A stretch of DNA of 11,822 bases from assembly GCA_040905565.1 (NCBI GenBank), contig JBBDRF010000008.1:1-11822 (forward strand). The letters run 5' to 3'. Position numbers and translations under genes: made by a program. The notes below the pieces were generated by a model. That model did no database searches, had not been told where the DNA came from, and saw only the letters and a program-made list of their open reading frames with translations. Numbering within the stretch: the stretch's first letter is position 1; each line of letters starts with the position of its first letter. The DNA comes from Phycisphaeraceae bacterium. GTDB lineage: Bacteria > Planctomycetota > Phycisphaerae > Phycisphaerales > Zrk34. This document shows positions 1 through 8,100 of the stretch, piece by piece.

Positions 1-620
1 CCGCCGAGCTTGCCTTCCGTGCCCACCTCGCGGGCCACGCGCGTCACTTCCGAGGTGAACGAGCTGAGCTGCTCCACCATTCGGTTCACGATCTTGGCAG
101 TGCGGAGGAACTCGCCATCCAGCGGTCGGCCTTCGATTTCCAGCGCCATCGTCTGCGTCAGGTCGCCCTGGGCGACAGCCCCGATGACGCGGGCGGTCTC
201 GCGGGTGGGGTGCACAAGGTTGGTGATCAACGTGTTGACCGAGTTGGCGGAGTCGGCCCACGAGCCTTGCACTTCGCCGAACGAAGCACGCTGCGAGATG
301 CGTCCTTCTTTACCCACGGTGACGCTCAACCGCTTCAACTCGCCGGTCATCCGCTGGTTGGTTTCGACGACCTCGTTGAACGTGTCAGCGATCTTGCCAT
401 CGAGGCCGGCCAGGTCCATGGGCAACCGCGTGCTGAAATCGCCTTTCTGCAAGGCCATCAGCGCCTTGAGCAGCTCCCGCTTGTCGAGGCCCTGGCCTTG
501 GGCGCGTCCTCGTGCGCCGACGGCACGCGACTTGGAAGAGACGGTGGCATGCCCATTCGCGCCCGTCAAACGACTGGTGCCGGTCTGGCCGTTACGCTTG
601 TGCATTGATCGGATCGGCAT
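1..620 (-). CDS. Poly-HAMP sensor histidine kinase (NIK1/OsaA-like), N-terminal part; runs off the left edge
   Basis: My minus-strand translation from ATG at 620 gives MPIRSMHKRNGQ...LLKALMALQKGDFSTRLP...VGKEGRISQRA...GSWADSANSVNTLITNLVHPTRETARVIGAVAQGDLTQTMALEIEGRPLDGEFLRTAKIVNRMVEQLSSFTSEVTRVAREVGTEGKLG, the hallmark poly-HAMP repeat. The frame is open to the window edge, with AGGA 6 nt upstream of the ATG. The kinase domains lie outside the window and are inferred from the family. Confidence 0.92.
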   Translation of the reverse strand, partial: MPIRSMHKRNGQTGTSRLTGANGHATVSSKSRAVGARGRAQGQGLDKRELLKALMALQKGDFSTRLPMDLAGLDGKIADTFNEVVETNQRMTGELKRLSVTVGKEGRISQRASFGEVQGSWADSANSVNTLITNLVHPTRETARVIGAVAQGDLTQTMALEIEGRPLDGEFLRTAKIVNRMVEQLSSFTSEVTRVAREVGTEGKLG

Positions 621-873
621 GGCGTTTCCTGGTCTGGGGAATGATCGGGCAGCGATCAGGCGGCGGCGCATCGTCTGGAAGGCGAAAAACTGCACCTTTC
701 GCGCGACGGTCTGATCGACCGCTGCGCAAAAGGATACATCATGCCAGGCGGCTGCCGCAAAGATGAAAAACAGACATCCTGGACACCCGCGGCCCGAAAC
801 TAAAATCCACGAACCCATTGATTCGTGGCTCCCCCGCCGCGTATGGCTGACTTTGCCAGTGTAGGGCGACCGC

Positions 874-896
874 AGAAATACCCCATGGGGATTTCT
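874..896. promoter_or_regulatory. Near-perfect palindrome AGAAAT-A-CCCCATGGGG-ATTTCT, candidate operator upstream of the poly-HAMP kinase
   Basis: AGAAAT (874-879) and ATTTCT (891-896) flank the perfect palindrome CCCCATGGGG (881-890) with one bulged base. It lies in the 412-bp intergenic region. Confidence 0.4.
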
Positions 897-1032
897 CCCA
901 TTGAACGATCGGGGCAAAGCGGTAACTGCGGCTCGTGCGCTTGTCGCGCCGGACTGAATCGTCTCGTTGGCGGGGCTTCAGAGGGCGTGTGGACCCTCCG
1001 GGGTTCAGCATAACCGTGGATAGCTGATCTTC

Positions 1033-1422
1033 CTACGGCTGGTCGTCGATGCTCACCAGGGCGGATTCGATCACTTGCACCACCTGCGCCGGGGTGACCG
1101 GCTTGATCAGCACCTCGACAAAGCCGACTTCCGCCTGCACGGCCGCTTCGGCATCATCGGCCGCCCCGGTCAGCGCCACACCATGCAACCCATGGCGTTC
1201 GTGAAGGTCGCGCATCAGGTCCACGCCGTTGCGATCGGGCAGGCGGAGGTCGCTGACCACCAGGTCCACGTCGTTCTCCGCGGCTTGGGCGAGCGCTGAT
1301 TCGGCGTTCTCGGCTGTCATCACCTCATAGCCGTTGCGTCGCAACAGCATGGCTTGAAGCATCAAGGTGTCAGCGTGATCATCGACCAGAAGAATGCGTC
1401 GTGAATCTGTCGCTTCTTTCAT
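1033..1422 (-). CDS. Single-domain response regulator (CheY-like receiver), 129 aa
   Basis: MKEATDSRRILLVDDHAD...DLVVSDLRLPDRNG...VALTG...LIKPV has the acidic pocket, phospho-Asp, Thr and Lys-Pro. An AAGGAG RBS upstream of ATG 1422 favours this start over the 1788 start in the ORF track. Confidence 0.92.
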   Translation of the reverse strand: MKEATDSRRILLVDDHADTLMLQAMLLRRNGYEVMTAENAESALAQAAENDVDLVVSDLRLPDRNGVDLMRDLHERHGLHGVALTGAADDAEAAVQAEVGFVEVLIKPVTPAQVVQVIESALVSIDDQP

Positions 1423-1506
1423 TGAATGCCGATACTCCTTCCTCGCCCCGTTTCCCCCCGGCCGACTCTCTCGTTCAGTTGGCGGAGCAGTCGCGACGCG
1501 ATTTGA

Positions 1507-1539
1507 AGTATAGCCTGGCGGGCAAGGAATTTCCCTATC
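1507..1539 (-). promoter_or_regulatory. Putative promoter of the receiver gene: -10 TATACT with a regulator-like box over the -35 region
   Basis: Minus-strand TATACT at 1507-1512. There is no good -35 hexamer, but the repeated box GAATTTCCCTATC (1527-1539) sits at the -35 position. Confidence 0.35.
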
Positions 1540-1740
1540 GGCTGCTGTTTCCCGCATTTGTGCCTGCTGCACAGCTTGTCGATCCATTCTCCGAGCTGTC
1601 GACGAGAACATACGCGGTAGATCAATTGCTTGTGATCGAGCATCTGCAATGCCCGGCAGAGAGGAGGCGGTCTGCGACTTGATCATGGCCCGAAGCAGGT
1701 GGGCGAAGTGATGTTGTGATGCAATGCAGCGTCGCGTATT

Positions 1741-1749
1741 TGTTATGCT
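1741..1749 (+). promoter_or_regulatory. Putative extended -10 promoter (TGnTATGCT) for the ceramidase-family gene
   Basis: TGTTATGCT lies about 38 nt upstream of ATG 1787, followed by a GGGAGG RBS. Confidence 0.35.
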
Positions 1750-1786
1750 CAACAACTGAATTTGCCTATCAGGGAGGCCCGCCACC

Positions 1787-3127
1787 ATGGCCGTAAATCT
1801 CCAAGCCGGCGCCGCGTCGATCGACTGGACGCCGAGCCACTCGTTTCATCTCGCCGGTTACCCGCACGTGGAGCGGTTCAGCACAGGCGTGAACGATCCG
1901 TTGCTCGCGTCGGCCTTGTGTATTGCTCAGGGCACATCGACGATCGCGCTTGTGTCGGTCGACATCCTTTTCGTCACGCATGCGATGGCACGCCGCATCC
2001 GCAGCCGACTGGACACGGCGTTGGGGCTGCCCGCCGACCATGTGCTGCTGGCTGCGACGCACACGCACTCGGGCCCCATGGTGACGGAGCATTTTCCGAC
2101 GCCCGGCAAGCCGACGCTGCCGCCGAGCGAGCCGGCCATTATTCAGCAATGCGAGGACGCCGTGGTGCGGGCTGTCTGCGATGCTCACGCGGCCATGGTC
2201 GACGCGGAGGCCGCGTGCGTGATCGCCGATGCCACAGGCGTCGGCACCAATCGGCGCGACCCCGCCGGGCCGCACAACCCCGAGGCCCCGCTGCTGGTGT
2301 TGCGGCGGGCGGACGACCAGCAGCCCCTCGCCGCCCTGACCGTCTGCAGCATGCACCCGACCGTGCTGCACGAAGATTCCACCCTCATCAGCGGCGACTT
2401 CCCCGCTTTTGCCCGCCAGTACCTGCAAAAGCACGGGCTGGGCGAACAGACCCCCGTGCTGTATTTCACCGGCGCGGCGGGCAACCAGAGCCCGCGCCAC
2501 GTGACGCAGGCCAACACGTTCGACGAAGCGCGTCGGCTCGGCGAGATGCTCGGCCAACGGCTCGTTCAAGCGATGGACAACCTCACCTGGCAGGCCCAGT
2601 TGCCGTTGACCTGCCAGTCCACTGAAATCACCTTGCCCGCACGGTCGCTCCCCACGCCCGACGAGGCGGCGCAGCGGTTGACTGCCGCCGCGGCACATCT
2701 GGACGAGCTTCGCCGCAAGCGTGCCCCGCGGGCGCAGGTGCGCACCGCGGAGGTCGACTGGTTCGGCGCCGAGCGAACGCAGGCGATGGTGAATGCCGCG
2801 GCGGCGGGGCTGCTTGAGGCCGCCATCGCCGAGCGCACCCCAACCGAGATTCAGTTGATCACCCTCGGCTCGTGGACGTTCGTTGCCTGGCCGGGGGAGG
2901 TGTTCGTCGAGTTTGCGCTGGCGGTGAAAGCGCAGCACCCTGAAGTCCACGTGATCACCTACGCGAACGGCGAGAACAAAGGGTACATGGTCACCCGCGA
3001 AGCGGCGGAGGAAGGCGGTTACGAAGCGTCCAGCGCGCTGTTCGCCAATCCCGACAGTGGCGAGATGCTGGTGCGGGCGACGCTGGAGCAACTTCAGTCT
3101 GTCGAGGTCGGCAAAGGCGAGCGGTGA
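1787..3127 (+). CDS. Neutral/alkaline ceramidase N-terminal-domain family protein (putative Zn amidohydrolase)
   Basis: Family motifs LAGY, DPLLASAL, vSVD, ATHTHSGP (2054-2077), NRR, MHPT, ISGDFP, GAAGNQ, PGEVF and YANG..GY..T......GGYE. GGGAGG RBS. No signal peptide is evident. True substrate unknown. Confidence 0.85.
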   Translation: MAVNLQAGAASIDWTPSHSFHLAGYPHVERFSTGVNDPLLASALCIAQGTSTIALVSVDILFVTHAMARRIRSRLDTALGLPADHVLLAATHTHSGPMVTEHFPTPGKPTLPPSEPAIIQQCEDAVVRAVCDAHAAMVDAEAACVIADATGVGTNRRDPAGPHNPEAPLLVLRRADDQQPLAALTVCSMHPTVLHEDSTLISGDFPAFARQYLQKHGLGEQTPVLYFTGAAGNQSPRHVTQANTFDEARRLGEMLGQRLVQAMDNLTWQAQLPLTCQSTEITLPARSLPTPDEAAQRLTAAAAHLDELRRKRAPRAQVRTAEVDWFGAERTQAMVNAAAAGLLEAAIAERTPTEIQLITLGSWTFVAWPGEVFVEFALAVKAQHPEVHVITYANGENKGYMVTREAAEEGGYEASSALFANPDSGEMLVRATLEQLQSVEVGKGER

Positions 3128-3190
3128 AGTGGGCGGTCCTTCGCCGCCTTCCACGTGACGTTGTGATCGCCCTTTGAGAATGGCGCGACA

Positions 3191-4048
3191 ATGCCAGGAC
3201 ATGAAGATTTCGTTTACCTCAACGGCACATACCTGCCTCGCGGAAAGGCCTGCCTCTCAGTGGAAGATCGCGGGACGCTGTTCGCCGATGGCGTGTACGA
3301 GGTGGTGCGCTATGTGGACGGGCGGTCGTTCGCCATGCAGGATCACCTTGATCGATTGCGGCGCAGTCTCGCGGGCGTTCGTCTTGCCGAACCGAAGATC
3401 GTGGCAGACTTGCCGGCGATCAGCGACGAACTGGTCGGTCGCAACCAGTTGGCGAACGCCAAAGTTTACTGGCAGATTACGCGCGGGCCGGGCCCCCGCA
3501 ACCCGTTGCTGCCGACCGATCCGCGGCCGAGCGTGCTGGCGATGACGTACCCCTGCCCCCCGTTGCCGGATGAACCCGCCGCGCCGATCCGCGCTGTGCT
3601 GATCGAGGATGTGCGGTGGGCGCACTGCTGGATCAAGTCGCTGATGTTGTTGCCGAACGTGCTCGCACGGGATGAGGCGATCCGCGCCGGCGCTGCGGAT
3701 GCGATTCTTCATCGGCAGGGCGTGGTGACGGAGGCGACGTCGGCGAATGTCATGCTCGTGCGGGAGGGTCAGATCATCACGCCGCCGACCGACGGGCGCA
3801 TCCTGGCGGGCATCACCCGGCAGCACCAACTGGCTGTTGCCCGATCGCTGAACATGGCGGTCCACGAGCGGGCTGTGACATGTGACGCGCTTTTCGCCGC
3901 GGATGAAATCTGGCTGACGAGCACGACGCTCGAGGTTCAGCCGGTCTCACATGTGAACGGCCGGGCGATCGGTGACGGTGGCGTGGGGCCGCTTGCCGGC
4001 CGTGTGGCGCGGGCGTTCGCGCGGCATGTGCAATCGCGTCTCGCTTAG
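3191..4048 (+). CDS. dat: Class IV PLP aminotransferase, D-amino-acid aminotransferase-like
   Basis: EDRGxxFADGVYEV, HLDRL, YWQITRG, D.RW..C.IKSL.LLPNVLA (PLP Lys), TEATSANV, ILAGITR and DEIWLTSTT match D-alanine aminotransferases. Confidence 0.85.
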   Translation: MPGHEDFVYLNGTYLPRGKACLSVEDRGTLFADGVYEVVRYVDGRSFAMQDHLDRLRRSLAGVRLAEPKIVADLPAISDELVGRNQLANAKVYWQITRGPGPRNPLLPTDPRPSVLAMTYPCPPLPDEPAAPIRAVLIEDVRWAHCWIKSLMLLPNVLARDEAIRAGAADAILHRQGVVTEATSANVMLVREGQIITPPTDGRILAGITRQHQLAVARSLNMAVHERAVTCDALFAADEIWLTSTTLEVQPVSHVNGRAIGDGGVGPLAGRVARAFARHVQSRLA

Positions 4049-4065
4049 CGCGTTCCCCATTCAAA

Positions 4066-4174
4066 CGTAGCGGGTGCCCACAGCCGGCCGAAGGCTGCTG
4101 TGTGCCGTGTCACCGTGGAGGCCCGTTGCACACAGCACGCTTCGCGATGCTTTGTGGCACCCCCATCCGCTACG
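4066..4174. repeat. REP/REPIN-like inverted doublet (GTAG...CTAC)
   Basis: Nested inverted repeats: CGTAGCGG 4066-4073 / CCGCTACG 4167-4174; GGGTGCC(C)ACA 4072-4082 / TGTGGCACCC 4153-4162; TGCTGTGTGC 4096-4105 / GCACACAGCA 4128-4137. Each arm has an internal mini-hairpin (GCC-GAA-GGC; CGC-TTC-GCG). It starts 18 nt after the aminotransferase stop. Confidence 0.7.
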
Positions 4175-4467
4175 CTTGACTTGAGGGCGAGCTAGTCGGC
4201 ACACAGGCGCCGCGATTTTTGTTCGCTCATCGTTGCCATCTTACTGTCCCAAGCGGTTTGGCTCACGCCTGTCGATTGTGGGGAATGCCGCGGTCGCGAG
4301 CATGCGAGGCATCGAGTCCTCGGCGCCCGGTGAGGAGGGCGATCCGGGCCGGCAAAGGGCGAGCAGAGAGCTGCGGCAGTTCAAGTTGCGGTCCGAATCG
4401 GGCGATAGCGTTTGGACAGAACACGCCCTGCAGGCGTGTCACTCGATTCTGAGGGACTGTGACGATC

Positions 4468-5133
4468 ATGGCTGACAGACGGTTCAAGTATCCACTGTTC
4501 GGCGTGCTCACAGTGATGTGGGCCGTGGGCGTCGGGTACGGCCTGCACCAGATGTACGGCTACGCCACCACGCCGGGCGCCACCGCCGATGCGCCGCGTC
4601 ATCTGTCCGAAGCGACTTCATTGGAACTCGATGCGAACACCACGCACATGCTGATGTTCGTTCATCCGCAATGCCCCTGCACAAAAGCGAGCTTACGGGA
4701 ACTGGAGCGTCTTCAGGCGACGTTGAACCGCACATCCCTTGAAACCGTCATCATCGTCATGACCGGCACAGACCCCCAGTTGCAGCTTGACGTCGGTCTG
4801 GGTCAGCTCGCGCAGCGGATGGCTAACGTTCGCGTCATCGCCGACGCGGATGGGCAAATCGCCCGACAATTCCGGGTCTATACGTCGGGTCATACCTTGC
4901 TGTACGACCAGACGGGAACGCTTCGATTCAGTGGCGGCATCACACCCAGCCGTGGACATGAGGGCGACAACCAGGGCCGAACCCTCATTCGCCGAATCGT
5001 TCTGGAGGACGTGCGGCCTGCCAACGCCGCCACGCCCGTCTTTGGATGCCCTTTGATCGAGATCGATGATCACGACAAAGCTGCACTGGCGCGGCGGGTC
5101 GAGGAGGAAGCGTCATCATGTTGCACACCATGA
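4468..5133 (+). CDS. Membrane-anchored thioredoxin-like protein with CxC motif (RedB-like)
   Basis: N-terminal hydrophobic helix (YPLFGVLTVMWAVGVGYGL), MFVHPQCPCTKASLREL, D.DGQIARQF...TSG...LYD, FSGGIT.SRGHEGDN and PVFGCPL. From memory these match proteins annotated 'RedB'. ATG 4468 is preferred over GTG 4459 on spacing from GAGGGA (4451-4456). Confidence 0.75.
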   Translation: MADRRFKYPLFGVLTVMWAVGVGYGLHQMYGYATTPGATADAPRHLSEATSLELDANTTHMLMFVHPQCPCTKASLRELERLQATLNRTSLETVIIVMTGTDPQLQLDVGLGQLAQRMANVRVIADADGQIARQFRVYTSGHTLLYDQTGTLRFSGGITPSRGHEGDNQGRTLIRRIVLEDVRPANAATPVFGCPLIEIDDHDKAALARRVEEEASSCCTP

Positions 5134-8100
5134 CATCTCTACCACACGTGGACGAGGCTGCGCTCAATGAACGCGCTGTCGATTTGTTTCAGTCGCATCG
5201 TCAGTCCATTTTGACCAGCACGGATCGCATGTTCACGCCGTTGCTCATTCTTCACTACCTGGCGGGCGTCGGCCTTGCCCTGTGGTTGACACCGCGCACG
5301 TGGATCGGCGAAAGCAGCCAGACGCACATTCATGTGATCGCGGCCGTCGTGCTGAACCTGCTGGTGGTGGCGCCGGCGGTATTGCTGACGATATTCCGGC
5401 CAGGCTGGTTCCTGACACGCCACGTGACAGTGGCCGTGCTGATGTTCCAGTCGGCGCTGTTGATCCACTTGACGGGCGGGCGGATTGAAACACACTTTCA
5501 CGTGTTCGCGACGTTAGCCTTGGTGGCGTTCTATCGCGATTGGCGACCGCTGATGACGGCGACGGCCGTGGTGGCGGTGGATCACTTCGTACGCGGCGTC
5601 TGGTACCCGCAGTCGGTGTACGGCGTGTTGGCGGCGAGCCCGTTTCGATGGATTGAGCACGCCGCCTGGGTGCTGCTGGAAGTGTCTTTTCTGATGTACG
5701 CCTGTCATCGCAGCAAGCAGGAGATGCTGGAAATCGCCATCCGCCGGGCGGGCATGGAGGAGCAAATCAGCCGCCGCGAGCAGATGCATGAAACGCTGCG
5801 CACGCAGGCGGATCGACTGCGGATGGCCACGTCGGCGGGCGAGCTGGGCTTATGGGATTGGCTCGTGCCGGAGGAGGAGGTCTTCTTCAACGAACAGTAC
5901 TACCGCATGCTCGGTTACGCGCCCGACGCTTTCAAGCCCAGCCTCGAAGCGTGGAAGCAACTGATTCACCCGGACGATCTGGAACGTGCCGTGCAGTCGG
6001 TCCAGGATCATTTCGAACAGCGGATGCCGCGTCACGATGTGGAAATTCGCCTGCGTCATGCCGAAGGGCACTGGCATTGGGTTCGTGCAGTGGGCGAGGT
6101 CGTGGCGCGTGACCCGCAGGGCCAACCGCTCCGCCTCGTCGGCCTGCACGTGAGTATCGACCGTGAAAAACAGAATTCCCAGGCGCTTGCCGAGGCCCGT
6201 GACGCGGCAGAAGCCGCCAGTCGTGCCAAGAGCGAGTTCCTGGCGAACATGAGCCACGAAATCCGCACGCCGATCAACGGCGTTGTCGGCACGCTGGACC
6301 TGATCCATGCCACCGACCTGACCGAACAGCAGGAAAGGTACGTCGACGCCGCCCGCACGTCCGCCGACACGCTGCTGTCGCTGATCAACGACATTCTCGA
6401 CTTCTCCAAGATTGAAGCCCAGCAGTTGGAACTCGACGCCGAGCCGTTCAACCTCGAGATGATGATTGAACAGGGCATGACCGTGCTCACGCAACGGGCC
6501 CAGCTCAAAGACCTGGAGTTGGCTTTTTCGATCGCCCCGGACGTCAATCACGCGGTGGTGGGTGATGAAGGCCGGCTGCGTCAGATTCTGATGAACCTGA
6601 CCAACAACGCCATCAAGTTCACCGAGCGCGGCGAAGTCGTTGTCACGGTAGAAGTGGAAGCGGACCACGAGGACGCCCAGATCGTTCGGTTCAAGGTGCG
6701 CGACACCGGCGTGGGGATTCCACAATCGAAGCAGCATCGCTTGTTTAAGAGCTTTTCCCAGGCCGACTCGTCGATGAGCCGAAAATATGGCGGCACGGGT
6801 TTGGGCCTCGCAATCTGCAAGCAACTTTGCGCGTTGATGGGCGGCCAAATCGGCTTCGAGTCGATTGAACACCTCGGCTCGGTGTTCACGTTCACCGTGA
6901 CGCTGGTCAAGCAGCCGCGCGAAGCCACGACAAGCCGCGTGGTGCCGGCTCAGTTGGAAGGCCAGCGCATTCTCATCGTCGACGACAACGCCACCAGCCG
7001 GCAGATGCTGCATGAACTGGCGACGCAGTGGCGGTTCGACGTGGCGGTGGCGAAAGACGCCACGGAAGCATGGGCATCACTCGAGCAGGCCGCGGATGAG
7101 CACCCGTTCACGCTGGCGCTGGTCGACATGGTGATGCCCGTGGAAGATGGACTGTCGCTGTGCAAGCGCATCCGCAGTGATCGGCGATTCAACCAGTTGA
7201 AGCTGCTGTTGTGCAGCAGCCATAGCCCGTCGCCTTCGCAGGCCGCGATTGTCGAGGCTGGCTGCAACGGCATCATCAATAAGCCGATCGGCCCTTCCCG
7301 CTTGTTCGACGCAATGATGCAGGTGATGGTCGGCCGTTTCGATCCGCGTGAGCGGGGTAACGGCCAACTGAAGCAGATCACGGCGCCGAAGGTGACGTCG
7401 CCTGATGCAGCTCCGGTTCGTGGCCGGGTGCTCGTGGCGGAAGATAACGAAATCAACCGGATGGTGATCAATGACCTACTGGTGAGTCGCGGTCTGGACG
7501 TGGTTGTGGTCGAGGACGGCCGGCAGGCGGTGGAGGCCGTCAGCACGCAGGCATTCGACCTCGTTTTCATGGACTGCCAGATGCCGGAAATGGACGGCTT
7601 TGAAGCGACGCGGACCATCCATGAACTGCATCAAGCGGGACATCTCGCCACCCGCCCGTTCATCATCGCGCTGACCGCCAATGCCATGACCGGCGATCGC
7701 GAACTATGTCTCTCGCACGGCATGGATGATTACCTGAGCAAGCCGATCGAGCGGAACAGGCTTTTTTCGACGATCGACCATTGGCTGGGGCAGTGCCCGC
7801 TTCCGCCTGCCGACGCCGCAGCCGCGTCAGAGACGTCGCCGGCCCGGACGTCGGCCCCGGAACCGCTCGCTTCGACGCCCTCGGCCGAACCTGAAGTTGA
7901 GGCCCCCGATCCTGCCATTGACGTTCCGGAGTTATTTCAACGATGCCTGAACAAGGTCGCCCTGGCCAAGCGTGTGCTTAAGACATTTGAAACGACCTCG
8001 CGAGAGGAAGTGGACGCCTTGGGTACATCGCTCTCGACGGGTGACTTTGAAGCCGCCCGTCTCACCGCGCACAAGCTCAAAGGCGGCGCCGCTCAGATCT

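Noticed and set aside
10..714. 234-aa plus-strand ORF (MPSVPTSRATRVTSEV...)
   Set aside because: It is the antisense shadow of the minus-strand poly-HAMP kinase, whose frame has clear family motifs and an RBS.
732..746. Sigma54 promoter (minus-strand TGGCATG...) upstream of the poly-HAMP gene
   Set aside because: The -12 GC is missing at the required spacing.
780..1010. c-di-GMP riboswitch or REP in the 621-1032 intergenic region (GGCAAA, GTAGGGCG, hairpin 807-828)
   Set aside because: The GEMM tetraloop/receptor architecture is not present and no REP palindrome follows GTAG. Only a 7-bp hairpin is supportable. An Rfam cmscan would settle it.
1423..1788. 122-aa N-terminal extension of the receiver protein in the ORF track
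   Set aside because: No domain-like content, it would cover both divergent promoters, and a good RBS precedes ATG 1422.
1769..3202. 477-aa minus-strand ORF, and similar long antisense ORFs at 5850-7013 and 10417-11535
   Set aside because: Each mirrors a well-supported plus-strand gene, which is expected in high-GC DNA, and has no recognisable motifs.
4219..4475. Short ORFs upstream of the RedB-like gene
   Set aside because: TTG starts, no RBS or motifs, and several conflicting frames. This is more likely promoter/UTR.
7795..7915. Short GACGTCG-containing repeats in the kinase gene
   Set aside because: They encode an ordinary Pro/Ala/Ser-rich linker between REC2 and HPt.
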